A stretch of DNA of 64,000 nt from Psammoneis japonica (GCA_008632985.1 QPGO01000039.1:248001-312000); one strand, 5' to 3'. Shown: positions 48,166-60,308, counted from the first letter of the stretch. Numbers and translations are program-made. Notes: generated from the sequence alone by a model not told the origin.

Positions 48166-49854
48166 ATGCAAGTGTCGGCTTTATCGAAGCTTATAAGTAT
48201 AATGGTTTTTCTGTTTCTGATCCGAGTGTTCCAAGCACAACACGCCTCAACCACCAACCGCCGAAAGAGCATCAGCAGTTCGAAGATCGAGGACAATGTG
48301 TCTCTCGGAGAAGGCGAATGGCTTCTCGCTTCGCATGGCGAGCATCACCCGTCTTTGTCGTGTCGTACGCGGGACAAGAAAAACGACAATAAAGAGCAGT
48401 CGCCTTCTGAAAGCAGCATTTTCCTCGAGTGTCATGCGACAAGCCCAAAAAAGTTAAACCGACTCTTGCTAGACAGTCAGAACATGACTCGAATGTTTGT
48501 GATTGTCAACGTCACCGGAGCCGTTGTGTGCATTGTCTTTGTGGCGTTGATTGCCAGCATGCTCTTGGGCTTTTTGACCTTGGAACCACTCGATTTGCGA
48601 GTCAAAATTCGTGCCTCGGTCAATCCTGACGAACGAGAACATGCCCGCCGTCTCTTGCCGATTGTCCAACAACATCACCGATTGCTCGTCACATTACTCT
48701 TGATGAATGCGATTTTCTACGAAACATTGCCCCTATTTCTGGACAATATTTTGCCATCATGGGTGGCGATTCTGCTCAGTGTCACCATTTTGTTGGTGTT
48801 TGGAGAGATTCTGCCCAGTGCAATCATTACCGGGCCGAATCAACTCAAGTTAGCCAGTCAGTTGACTCCGCTATTGCAATGCTTCATGTGGAGTCTGTAT
48901 CCTCTGGTACTGCCCTTGACCATGCTGTTGGACTGCTTGGTACCAAATGGCAAGCACGAAGGTGTCGATGGAGCAGCACCGGCTGAAGAAGCTTACCACC
49001 GGGGCGAACTCAGTGCCTTGGTTCGGATCCAATATGAAGATCGCCAACAAAGGTTGCAGTCTACAATGTCACCTCATCATTTGACAACGGCGGCGGATCT
49101 TGAACGGAACGAAAAAGAGACAAGACACTCTTTGTTGACCGACCAGGAAGGCCATGCGGATGTTCCATCTCACCCCCCTCCTCTTCAGCATTCGGAAGTC
49201 AAGCTAGTCGAGGGAGCCTTGACGATGACCACCAAGGTTGCTCTGGACATATACACGCCACAACGAATGCTTTTCATGGTGCATGAGAACTTGGAACTCA
49301 ATCAGGCCGAAATTGCCAAGATTTACGGCGAAGGATATTCTCGCGTTCCCGTGTGTCGAACCAATAATGACAACAACAACGACGACCGCACGGTTATAGT
49401 CGGTATCTTGATGACCCGGCAACTTATACTGACCGACTGGGATGATCGACGTCCCGTCAGCTCTTTACCATTGTATCCGGCTCCTTGTGTGAGCCCTCGC
49501 ACCAATCTCGCTGATCTTCTCAAGATCCTACAGCAAGGTGGTAGTCACATGGCACTGCTGTGTACTAACCCGAATGCAGTGCCTGACGACGATGAGGTTC
49601 CTTCTTTGGACAAGCCCCTGCCCAAGGAGGCGGGCTTTATTGGTATTGTCACGCTCGAAGACGTCATGGAGGCCATTTTGCAAGACTCTATATACGACGA
49701 AGAAGATGTAGCGGACCGTGGATTAGCCAGTGCTCGGTTGACTCAGTGGTGGCAGCGGCGGAAACGAAACAAGGCGAAAGGAAACCAATCCCACACGGAT
49801 GACCAGCAGGTCAGAGGTAGCTCCGATTCAAGTGAAACAACTCCTTTGGTGTGA
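48166..49854 (+). CDS. CNNM/DUF21 + CBS metal (Mg2+) transporter
   Basis: LLGFLTLEPLDL, HRLLVTLLLMNA, VFGEILPSA, GYSRVPV, SHMA, GIVTLEDVMEAILQ. Confidence 0.9.
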   Translation: MQVSALSKLISIMVFLFLIRVFQAQHASTTNRRKSISSSKIEDNVSLGEGEWLLASHGEHHPSLSCRTRDKKNDNKEQSPSESSIFLECHATSPKKLNRLLLDSQNMTRMFVIVNVTGAVVCIVFVALIASMLLGFLTLEPLDLRVKIRASVNPDEREHARRLLPIVQQHHRLLVTLLLMNAIFYETLPLFLDNILPSWVAILLSVTILLVFGEILPSAIITGPNQLKLASQLTPLLQCFMWSLYPLVLPLTMLLDCLVPNGKHEGVDGAAPAEEAYHRGELSALVRIQYEDRQQRLQSTMSPHHLTTAADLERNEKETRHSLLTDQEGHADVPSHPPPLQHSEVKLVEGALTMTTKVALDIYTPQRMLFMVHENLELNQAEIAKIYGEGYSRVPVCRTNNDNNNDDRTVIVGILMTRQLILTDWDDRRPVSSLPLYPAPCVSPRTNLADLLKILQQGGSHMALLCTNPNAVPDDDEVPSLDKPLPKEAGFIGIVTLEDVMEAILQDSIYDEEDVADRGLASARLTQWWQRRKRNKAKGNQSHTDDQQVRGSSDSSETTPLV

Positions 49855-49978
49855 CTCACTGATCATGCACAGAGCCGCGAATCGCACAGTCATTGAAACG
49901 ACTGATTCGGAAGAGAGGATGAAGAGGTAAGTTGCTAGAGAGACTGTTAGGGATTATAAGATTAGCAAATGTTCACTA

Positions 49979-52900
49979 CTAGCATGGCCAGCAATGCCAC
50001 GGCTCTCGCACGAGCGGCATTGCCAGTTCTTTAGGCTGCGCGAGAGTCAGTCACGCATTTGTCTTCTTTTCTTGTTTGAGCCAAGCACCAGCTCTCCAGC
50101 TGCATGGTGGCAGTTCTTGTAACTAGATCTATCCCGTTCTGAAACAGATTCATCATCAAGTGGCATGCATGCCCTTCACAGGAAGATAAAAAAGCTGTGT
50201 TTCTGTTCATGGGAAGAGTGTGTGAATCTAAGAAAACAGCACCATGTCGTTTCTTGGCAGAAAAAGAAACTTCTGCGTCGCTCCATTCACGAGTCAAGTC
50301 ACGAAGGCTTGAACTGAAAATGGCAGCACTCCACTTCATTTGCTGTCAAATGACATCCATGGTGCAAGTTTGTCATTGGAAACCCCCAAATCTTTTTAAA
50401 ATCAAGAGTCAGATCATGATCAGTGGAACGAGTGGGAATTTGATTTCCATTCTCATCCAAAACTTGTTGCAGAAGATGTGCGTTGGGTGCCCCAATTGTG
50501 TCCGCAGCCAAGGTGTGGCTGGGGAGATGGGTAATTTGCCCTGGCTGCACCTGTTGGAGGCTTCCCCACTGGTGGCACAGGGCAGTTGTGGATGCATGCG
50601 GCAGTGCACAACTCCCAAATGACCGTGCTTGTGCAAAGGACACCTGGTTTCTGAGTGAAGTGGCTCCACATTGCCACAACAAAGCAGTGGCAACAAGGGG
50701 TCATTTCACCCCACCCAGAGCAGGATGGCCAGACCTCTTGAAAACCTTGATCCAAGAATGCAGCCAGCATCTGGCTGTGGTGCACATTCATCAAGTTGTG
50801 GCACAAGTTCCTTGGGTCCTCGGTTTTCACACATTTCCAGCTCTGCAATGAAGCTTGTTTGCAGTTGCTTGGGTCTTGTCTCTTGTGCTGGATGCATTTG
50901 CCAAAAGTGCATCTGGTGCAACAAGTGTTGGGGGATGAGTCTGGACAGCTGCCATTCGAACAACAGTGCACAATGCATGGGATTTGCACTGGAACAGTCT
51001 GTCAATCAGTGCAGTTGGGGCATTTGGACAAATCATGCGATGTTGGACAGACTCTGCCTCTTTTCCATCCATTGAAATTGCACTGTCAAATGCCCCAAAT
51101 GCACAGATGAACAGAATTTGTTCAAATGCAACAGCTGTCCAGGCACGTCCCCCAGTGTGCTGGGCAGAAGAGCTTTTTTGCCCATGTCATCAGCATCCCA
51201 ACTGGATGGTTGACGTCCCTGAGCCCCGTGCTGCGCTCCAAAATTCCCCATGCAATGCAACAGCCAATCAAGGGCAGCACATCCATGGGAAACTTTGTCA
51301 GATGCATGCTTGACAATCAGCAAATTGTTCATTTTTGTCATGGCGTGCCACAGCTTTGGCGCTTTTCTGCTCTGCTGCAATTGGGGTGAAGCAAGCACAC
51401 AATTGCGAGAGAGCACATTCTTGCAATTCCTCAAAATGAGAACAAATGGAAAAGCATTGTCATCATTGCCATCATCATGACAACGCTTGACAAATTCTTC
51501 TGCCGCCTTGCAGAGTTGATGTTGGCTCTCATCGTTCCAGGCTGGCAGGCATTTTGTGCTGCACCTGGCGTCATGCTTTGGGCACCATGGCACTCTAATT
51601 CTGCTTTCAAGGCAGCTTCTCAAAAGCAAAATGACACCTTGGATGGTGATTCTTCCACACAGCTTTTGCTCCCTTTTGGCGTCATCTGGGTGCAATGGCG
51701 CTGCTTGTCCTCCGTGGACCATCGCGCAATCATGGCACCACCCCCAGTTTCAGTCCTTTGTGTCCTCTGCCGCTTGGAGGGTGCAACCTCAGATGAATCC
51801 ACCGATGAGAGAGAAGACAGACATTGAAAAAAAGCACATGCCAGGGAATGATGAATGAATGAATGCAATCGACTGCCGCTTCTGGATGTGGATGAGAGAC
51901 AATGCACTGTGGTTGTTGTGCATGGGTTGCTGATGTCATTGATGCCTGGCTGGCTAGAGAGAGAGAGAGAGCAGCTGCTGCAGAGCTCCAGAGCTGCAAC
52001 AGCTCCACCTCTGTGGCAGGCGAGAATGTGGTGATGTCCTGGAGCAACCCTTTGTTTCCACATGCTCGAGTCACAGACCACCAGGTGACTTCCATTCGTG
52101 CTCAAGCAAAGAGCATTGACGCGGGATTTGTTGCGTTTCTTGTTTCAAGATCCTGCCATTGGAATTTCATCATTTTCTGGCACCACTCAGTTCAACACAG
52201 CTGCTGGGAGATGCTGCATGCACTGCAAAAGGCAGAGTCCTTGTCCTCAGCAGAAGCAGACACCTGAAGGTCCAGAGAAGACTGCGTCAAAGCCTCGCCA
52301 GGTGGGAGCAAGCATTTTCGAAGCATTTTTAGAATGTCCAGGATGGACAGTTGTCTGAATTCTTGTTCTGTCAACCCCTGAACACAGTTGTCTGTTTCAT
52401 CATTGTTCACTCTGCCAATGTGAGAAATGAGAAGTGGATCCTGCCTTGCTGCAGCTTTCAATGTCACGACAGGCGAGTGCATGTGTCTTTCCATTTCCCA
52501 TCTGGGTGCCTCCTCTCCAAATGAGTTCCATTCAATGGAACGTTTCCCTGCAACTGGTTGAGAGACAACAACCAGTCAGAGCATGTTCTTTGTTGGGAGC
52601 AAGGGCGGTGGCGAAGACACACTGGTGTTTTGCAAATGTGACTTGAGGGTTGTTGTGAAAGCTTCATCCATTTCATCTCCGGTTCTGCCCACATGTTCAT
52701 CAAGGATCAAGAATGTTTTTTGTCTGCTGGGGCTGGACAATGCCTCAATGAGACATGTCAACCAACCATTTGGAGGATTTGTGGCATCCACACCCAGCAG
52801 CTGGTGCAGCATCGACATGACATGAGGCGCCCCTTTCCCCGTGCGACAAATTGCGATCCCTCGAACTTGCTCTTTGTTCTCATGCAAGAAGAATTTCGCT

Positions 52901-53871
52901 GCTGTCATCTTTCCCATTGAGGCTGGCACCATTGCCACTGACACAGCCCCAGCGTCATCACAATTTTCCAATGATTTTGTTGTTGGAGTGAGGGCGCATT
53001 TCGCGCGCTGAAGAGACGGAGTAAATCCCAAAACTGTGTTGCTGTCAATCATTTGCTTGAAGGCTTGTGCTTGCAGGAATCTTGGCTTGAGAGAGCTCCA
53101 CTCGCTTGTGGATTCCAGCACCATTTTGCAAGCAGAAAGCATTGCGATGGCAGCCACAAGCTCTTGATCCACCATGGTGAACAGCAGGCTGCACAATTTT
53201 TTTCGCAAAAAGGCGGTTTGATTTCATCGCTAAAACTAAAACAAATGCAAAGAAGTGGTGGCATCACAAGAATTCCAGATTCCTTCTTCGAAATTTTTTT
53301 GGCGGGGTGGAACAAGTTTGACGTCAAGAAGCTCGGTCTCAGCTGGAAGCTCATCAAGCACAGGAAGAGACACCTTGATGGATTCCGTACTGATGAGATG
53401 TGCAGATTCCTCATCAAGCTAAATTTCTCACATCAAGGAGCTGAAGCATTGCAAGCAACCAGGGGTTGCAGCCACCCAACTTTTTGAGCTCACATTCACG
53501 GATGAGCCCCACATTCACAACACACACATGTCAGATCATTCACATGTGAAGGACAGAAAGCATCTTATCATCCTGCATGCAATCACCTGCAAACAAAGAC
53601 AAAGGCACCAATGCCCAGACACAAACTCTTGTGCTTGTGTAAAATGCCTCGGAATGTGGTGCTTGCCATCTCGGTCGAAACTTCATAAGTTCACGGCACA
53701 TGTCAAAGAGAGAGGTCGCATTGCCAAGCCGAATCGCTTGAGCAGCGTTTTGGTGTAGTTTGGCGAAAGGTAAAAAGGCTTGCCATGGTGACGCGGTGGT
53801 GAAAAACTCTCGAACCTGGTCTCTTGCTAGCACCCATTCGGTTTACAAGGGGCTGCTGTTGTAGGATTAGA
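49979..53871 (-). mobile_element. Hypermutated block F; candidate non-autonomous Helitron-like element carrying gene fragments
   Basis: On the minus strand: hairpin (49991-50023), 8 nt, then CTAG|T at the block edge. Candidate 5' end A|TCTAATCC at 53871. The hypermutated state is secure; the Helitron call is tentative. Confidence 0.45.
52400..53210 (-). pseudogene. Decayed P-loop NTPase-like gene
   Basis: Degenerate Walker A (VPASMGKMTA) and Walker B (FLILDE). No Tyr in 210 aa. Confidence 0.5.
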
Positions 53872-54076
53872 TGGCATCTCGTCCTCTCCGTGTTCGATCA
53901 AAGTCCGCACAGAACAGCAAGAGGTGGTGAATCCATTGAGAAAGGTACGGGCGGCAGCAACAATGGAACTAGAGGGAAACAAAGTGAATTATTGATGTTG
54001 CGTGTATTTTTAACGTGCGGTCGTATTGCCAAGCAGGTTGAACAACTCCAGCTATCATGAACATGCACACTTTCTC

Positions 54077-55397
54077 TCAAATCAGCACATACTTTGCAAG
54101 CTTGAGATCTACCGGCCATTTCATTGCTTCAAACACTTTGGTACACGCATAGCCCGAAACAATAGGAACCACAAAATTATCATCAACATGAAAGGGTGGC
54201 ACAGGTACTCCACACAAGCGTTTGGGCATTGTGAGAGCCGGAGTTGGTACAGCCAAATCGGCAAAAGCTCCCGCAAAGCCCAGGGCTAATGACGCCAACG
54301 CCAGAGATTGCGTGCCACCTGGAATACCACCTGGACCGAACTGTGCAACAGACAGTACCCGGTAGTTAAACGGAAAACAAAAGAGCGCACCACCCAGAAA
54401 ACCCAAGACTCCCTTGTTTCTACCAAAGCCGCCCAATCCACTAAAAGAGAATAAATCGGCAGAACCACGACAATATATATAAGAAAAACAATTCAGCAAA
54501 AACATCTGCCCCATTGTCCTTCTTTTTGCGCCTTACCCTTCAATTCTGGACCAATACACATGTCGCGTTTGTCTTCCAAAGTAGCTTGCACTCGGATCTG
54601 CCAATGCCAGTTGACAAATGCCCATGGTGGCACAGCTCTTGGGGTACAGCGCCGCCGTCACGGTAACACCCAAGAAAAAGTAAAACGATCCGGTAAATTT
54701 GCCTTCCATTTCGTGTTTGCGCAAGGAACTGCCCAAGACAAAATGCAAGGCATCATTCATCCAACCAAAGTGTTTTTTGTATCGTAACAGTTCCATAAGC
54801 AATGTCGCACTGGTCAGTACTGTCATGCCCGGCACAAAGCGATTGCGAGGAATGAAATGATTGAGACCGGCAAAAAAGAGGCCGAAATTAATGTGCATGA
54901 TCTTGCGACGAATGTTCAAGGTGTTTCGGTTCTGACAAGAATGATAGCAGTAAAAATGTTGGTTTTAGCAAAGGGATAGAAAATGAACACCTTGTATGGG
55001 TATGCCACATCCGTTCGGTGCTATTTCCTACCTTTAGCTTTTTTGCATACTTAGCGGCATTTGAGTCGAGTTTCTTTTTCTTTCTGCGTTCTCGTCTCCT
55101 CTGTAACCTTGTCATTTTATGGGGTTCTTCTTCTTCTGTCTTTGGTGGAGTATCGTCGTCTTGTGGAATAGAGTCATCATTACTTTGTTCGTCAAATCGA
55201 CCTCCTCCGCTTATAACTCGTGATGTAATGGATGAAGAAGGAGCTAAATTGGAAATGGACCTTGGAGAAATAATGGGATCCTTAGCAAGTACAGGATAGG
55301 AGCGCCATGAATAAGGTGAACGCCATGACTTGCTTCCGTCCACACTAGCAACAACAGCAAGCGCCAAAGCTATAACAAGGCAGCCGCTCATTATCAT
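54077..55397 (-). CDS. CTP-dependent diacylglycerol/phytol kinase-like (cytidylyltransferase family); introns 54932-55031, 54441-54536
   Basis: RRKIMH, LRKHE..KFTGSFYFFLG, ADPSASYFGR, NKGVLGFLG, VDDNFVVP. Confidence 0.85.
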
Positions 55398-56046
55398 CGC
55401 CGCATTCTCTTTCTGATGAAGATCGTGTCACCAAAGACGAAAACTGTTTCCTGTAGATCCTACTACGCTACAGTAGATAGTCGGTTTCTACGGCGGGCTA
55501 CGTACGTGAGAACGGAATTCTTCGAACGGGATCTTTTCATGGAAGCAGAGCAACATCATGGAGAATTAGAGAAATCTATGGCGCAAAGATTCCTCAACAA
55601 ATGTGCGATCCTTCCACCAAAAAACTTGAGCCTAAAATACCGGTATGTACGCCTCCACCATGATGACACGGGGAAGTTTTAGGTTTACATGAGTGCAAAC
55701 GGGCAAGCGCAAAACCCGATGCGTGGGAAGAAGCCACAACTAAAGTGGAGATGCTTGAGTTCAGCCACAACTGAATTGGAGATGTTTTGGTTCAAACATG
55801 GTGATCATGACGACCAAAATCAAAAGGATTAAAAACTATAAATTCGACCAACCGCAGTGGGCCACAAGAGTGCAGTACGAGAGCAGGAGGAAACCACTAT
55901 TAAAATCATTTCACTTCTGCAAGTGAATATGGGGAGCCTTTGACAGCCATGGTCAAGGATATGAGAAGTGTGGCATCGCCCAGGTGTCTTGCGTTTCGGG
56001 CACAAGCCCGCAGAGAAAAAAAAAACTGGAAAACCCGAGAGACGTT

Positions 56047-59000
56047 TTATGGCACCAGTGGAACGGTAAAAGACACCGATCCAAAAAACTTGAATCCCTG
56101 GCCTTCTACCCGAACAAGCACTTGTTGGGAAGCCACCAGCAAAATCTGAAAATAACCGCCGCCAAGCAAGCCGTCACCGACTGAGTCCAATACAGTTGCA
56201 TGGCAAAGATAGCCGGCCTTGACAGCAAAGGTTTCCTGAATGAGCTCGTTTGCCTTGTTGAAGCTACCCACGGGCACATCCTTCAATTCCGTGTTTTCAC
56301 ACACGAGTCGCCAGCCAGTGTCTGATGGGTACCTATCCAGCTGGAGCATGACTTCAATTAGAACGTCCCCTTCAGATGTTGGAGCCGGTGAAACAGATGG
56401 AGTTACAGTGGGGCGCGGCGTCGACGTAGGCTTCAAAGTCACATATGTCGGACGTGGTGTTATCGGGTTTTCCGAGGGTGAGACTTTGAATGGAACAATC
56501 TGGAGAAAGTCAAACTTCCTGCCAGCCAAGATGAGCATGTCGTTGTCCGTTGTATCCTCACCATAGTAAATACTGAAGGAAACACTTGAGAATTCTGAAA
56601 AAAAGCCTTTTACAGCCGAAATAATGAACCTGCAGAAGGCATTATCTTCGACCATGAGGACTTCTGTGACGACACTGTCGGGAACAGTGTAGAAACCAAC
56701 GGGCGCTTGGGCGACGTTTTGACGATCACATTGTAGCCTCCATCCAACTTCTTCCGGTTTATTTTTCGCAAGATCGATGATGACAGTTATGGGAACTAGT
56801 GACATTGGTGACACCGTCGGAACAAGTGTCGTGGTTGGATTCACCGTCAATGGAGATTGTGTTGGAAGAGGTCTTGGAGGATCTGTTGGAGGCGCTGGAC
56901 TCGAAGGATTTGAAGTGACAAGGGCCTGCCCGGTAGACGCTACAAAAGAAGCAACATCAGAGTTGCCAAACTCACCATTACCAAAGACAAGCAGGTTTGC
57001 TTCGTTGTCCACGTTATCGCCAAAGTATATCTCATAGAAACCCTGACCGGCTTCGCCACAACACAACCCATCACCAAAAGAATCGACTATTTCAAATTCA
57101 CAGACAGCACCTTCCCTAATGCCATTCACTGTCGTATTGACGTATCCATTCACTTTTCCGGCCGTCCCGGGGAGAGAGCGCATGTAAAGTACGTCATTGC
57201 ACCACAAACTGAATCCAGTCTCATGCGGATAGTTGTCCAGCTGCACTGCCAGAGATACAGAGACTACCTTTTCCGTAACAACAAAGGCAACATCAGGTTG
57301 TGACAAGTAGAAAAAAGCACCCCGAATGAGAAGATGGTCTTCGTTGCTCGGGTCCTCTCCGTAGAACACCTTATACTCAGCATTAGCCTCCTCGCCGAAG
57401 CTCAACAGGCACGCCGCCTCAGGTGCAACCAGGTAGGTATCGACTAGAGAAGTCTCATTCTCAGATTTTTCTGAAGCAGAGGCTAAGACAATGTTGCCGC
57501 ATTCCAATGAGTATTCAACGTCTCTTTCGAATAGAAGAACAACAGTAATGGGGACAGCCTGTCCACCAGTCGGTTCCGGTTGTACGGTAGGTGATAAGGT
57601 TGGCTGGGGGAAACCTGTTCCTGTTCTTCTCTGCACATCAAACACTCTGACCTGCCCTTGGTCTCCCCCGAAACCGTTATGCAAGGGAGATCCGATAGCA
57701 AGCCGTGAGCCGTCAAACGACAACGCAAAGGACCTTCCTGAGCTATCAAAGTCGTCCGATCCTTCGATCGGATCTCCGATAGTGGTCCACACTTCGCCTC
57801 GAAGTTCGTAAAGGCGCACAACGCCACGGCCCATGAGTCTGCCATCCAGTGATTCAGCGATGGCACACACGGCAAAACGCTTTCCATCTCCTGAGAGCCG
57901 TGTCACGATGGGAAATTTCTCCATTTGCAACCCACTTTCCATTTGTACTAATGAAAAATCGCTTTTATCGAATGTAAGGCCGAACTGAAATACATTGACA
58001 ATGTTGCCTTGTTGGATCCATTCGTCTCGTGACGCTGCGTAGGAGAGAACTCTCACGTGTCCGTCATTTTCACCAAGCACCCAAATATCTTCACTCTCTG
58101 CTGCAAGATTGGCTCCGATGGCTATTGTAGATCCGTCCGCTGATATGGAGACTGTAGAGCCCTCTTGAAGTCCGTGTAGAAACTCGCCTCTGGAACCCTT
58201 CAGATCCTGACCGACCTTCTTCCATGAATCTTCGGTTTCACTGTAGTCAAATACTCGGACCAGACCATTGTAGACGTGGAAATTTGGGTGAGCATTCCCA
58301 AGGTTATCTGGTGAGCCTACAATGATTCTTGTTCCGTCTGCTGTCAAATCTACAGAGTTACCAAAATCATCTGCAGCATCCTCTCCCAACAGAAAGGCAT
58401 CTTTTCCAAGCGTTTTCCAAAGCGCTGTGTCTTCGTCGTACCGCAGTACCCGCACATAATTACCACGCGGAGAACCCAAAGCCAGCGTTCGGCCGTTCTG
58501 AGATAATGAGAGGGTCCTACTATCATAGCTCTGTGTCGTCAAAACAGGATCATCATATTCACTTCTTTTCCACTTATCCGCGAATCCACCAAGATGATCT
58601 GTCGATGACTGCCCATACAACGGTTGTCCTAGTCTCTGCCATGATCCCGGAACGGTCTCTTCAAACACTTGGACGACGCCTCCCATTTGATCCACATTGT
58701 CATCTCCGCCTGGTATACCAATAACAATCACGCTGCCATCACCAGACAACGCAAAGTGATCCAAAATACCGGGTCCACCAGACACTGTCCCCGTTTGAAT
58801 CCAGGTGGAGTCGTCGACGTCAAGGTCGTAAATGTAAACGCAAGGACAGTAAGGAAGACTAACGGCAAGGCGATTACCGTCCATTGACAAGTCAACCGTC
58901 CAACCAAAATTTCTTTGCCCCCGTGGGCCCGTCCTTGTGCCACTGTTCTCTGGGAACAACTCCTGCCCATGCTGCTCCAAAAAGAGGCTTGTAGCGGGGC

Positions 59001-59745
59001 TACTGCCAGCTGGAGCACCGGTAGGTGCTCCCGGAGCAGGCGTCTCGTGTGGAGGAGAACTGGGTTCCGTATCATTGCTCTTAGAGGAAACGACGGCATA
59101 CACAACTCCTGCGATTGTACCGCACAAGATAAGAATTACAAGCAGGAAGCAGATACGGATCTTGTTGCTCTTCAGATCAATGCATGTTGTAAACTTTGTA
59201 GCAACTGCAATTGGACTACCACTGACTTGATTCGTTGGTTCTTCGCGATGATTCTCTTGCCCCTGGACAGGCATGGCGTGTGGTAAATTCTCAATCTCGT
59301 CGTTTTCACTGGGAGGAGTTGTCACAGTAGGAGGTTCGTGATTGCGGTCAGGGGTCGTCTCTGGATATGGAGCGTTAGGCGTGTCAATGTCCGTGCCGTA
59401 GTACCCGGCTGAAGGATCGTTATCGTCTTGTCTATTCTTCTGCACCTCGACATTTTCTTTCCATCGCTGACGAGATGCCCGCATCTGCTCGTCAGCGTTT
59501 CCAAGACGAGTTGATCCTGCAGAAGCCGTTACGGCTGTTTGTAGCCCATGAACCTTCTCATCCTTTGTCCTCCTTGAAATTCTTGGTACAGATTGTTCGT
59601 GTTTGTCATGGACGGGTTCGGGTGGTGGGAGGTCTCCTGCGTCCTCCAGAATTCTGCGTGTTGTTCGCCGGGGAGGATGTTGATAATAGTGAGCGAAGCG
59701 GCTCCTGTTACTATCTTCCTTTTCTTTACCAGTAGTCGTATTCAT
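56047..59745 (-). CDS. Large type II membrane protein: FG-GAP-like beta-propeller plus four C-terminal repeat domains with Pro/Thr linkers
   Basis: Single TM ICFLLVILILCGTIAGVVYAVV, repeats FG.SV.LS.DG.R.A.G.P, four V.I.V...D.YP.E.G..L.C modules. Confidence 0.8.
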   Translation of the reverse strand: MNTTTGKEKEDSNRSRFAHYYQHPPRRTTRRILEDAGDLPPPEPVHDKHEQSVPRISRRTKDEKVHGLQTAVTASAGSTRLGNADEQMRASRQRWKENVEVQKNRQDDNDPSAGYYGTDIDTPNAPYPETTPDRNHEPPTVTTPPSENDEIENLPHAMPVQGQENHREEPTNQVSGSPIAVATKFTTCIDLKSNKIRICFLLVILILCGTIAGVVYAVVSSKSNDTEPSSPPHETPAPGAPTGAPAGSSPATSLFLEQHGQELFPENSGTRTGPRGQRNFGWTVDLSMDGNRLAVSLPYCPCVYIYDLDVDDSTWIQTGTVSGGPGILDHFALSGDGSVIVIGIPGGDDNVDQMGGVVQVFEETVPGSWQRLGQPLYGQSSTDHLGGFADKWKRSEYDDPVLTTQSYDSRTLSLSQNGRTLALGSPRGNYVRVLRYDEDTALWKTLGKDAFLLGEDAADDFGNSVDLTADGTRIIVGSPDNLGNAHPNFHVYNGLVRVFDYSETEDSWKKVGQDLKGSRGEFLHGLQEGSTVSISADGSTIAIGANLAAESEDIWVLGENDGHVRVLSYAASRDEWIQQGNIVNVFQFGLTFDKSDFSLVQMESGLQMEKFPIVTRLSGDGKRFAVCAIAESLDGRLMGRGVVRLYELRGEVWTTIGDPIEGSDDFDSSGRSFALSFDGSRLAIGSPLHNGFGGDQGQVRVFDVQRRTGTGFPQPTLSPTVQPEPTGGQAVPITVVLLFERDVEYSLECGNIVLASASEKSENETSLVDTYLVAPEAACLLSFGEEANAEYKVFYGEDPSNEDHLLIRGAFFYLSQPDVAFVVTEKVVSVSLAVQLDNYPHETGFSLWCNDVLYMRSLPGTAGKVNGYVNTTVNGIREGAVCEFEIVDSFGDGLCCGEAGQGFYEIYFGDNVDNEANLLVFGNGEFGNSDVASFVASTGQALVTSNPSSPAPPTDPPRPLPTQSPLTVNPTTTLVPTVSPMSLVPITVIIDLAKNKPEEVGWRLQCDRQNVAQAPVGFYTVPDSVVTEVLMVEDNAFCRFIISAVKGFFSEFSSVSFSIYYGEDTTDNDMLILAGRKFDFLQIVPFKVSPSENPITPRPTYVTLKPTSTPRPTVTPSVSPAPTSEGDVLIEVMLQLDRYPSDTGWRLVCENTELKDVPVGSFNKANELIQETFAVKAGYLCHATVLDSVGDGLLGGGYFQILLVASQQVLVRVEGQGFKFFGSVSFTVPLVP

Positions 59746-60308
59746 GTCGTTAGCGACTGGATGTAAAATACAAACGACGCACTCGTCGTTGTTAGGCGCT
59801 AGCAGTCGTACACAGGCGGCCAATCAATATATAGAATCGGCATTCACAGATCCACTGAACAGCTGAACACACCAATAGAACAAACTCCGCTTTCTCGCCG
59901 AATTCTTCACCCCTCATCAGGACGGCCGTCTTGTCTCTCCCTCGGCTTCGCCCGGAGCTCCTCTTGGCACTCACCTGTGGAAATGACGTTGCTTGTCGCA
60001 GTGAAGAATTGTTCGTCCTCCCGTTGAAGGACTCCCTTGTTGGCCGACTAACGTTTGTTCTTCTGGATCCACTGATGGAATGTCGTAAGTATCCATAGAT
60101 CTGATCTGTCCAAAGCGTCGCGGATCGGGACGCGCGACGAGGCGGCATGCTCCAAATTTTCGAAAACATGTAGAACGCGTAGAATTCGTACCACAACCAA
60201 CTCATGTCTGACGTTCGGGGGCAAAATCAAAATGCCGACTTCATCGTGCTGTTCACCTTACGGCCGCGGATGAACCATATGCATTCCCTGCTTTCCAACA
60301 TCATCACC

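Noticed and set aside
55732..55790. Short direct repeat agccacaact.aa.tggagatg x2
   Set aside because: Only two imperfect copies in intergenic DNA, with no further structure.
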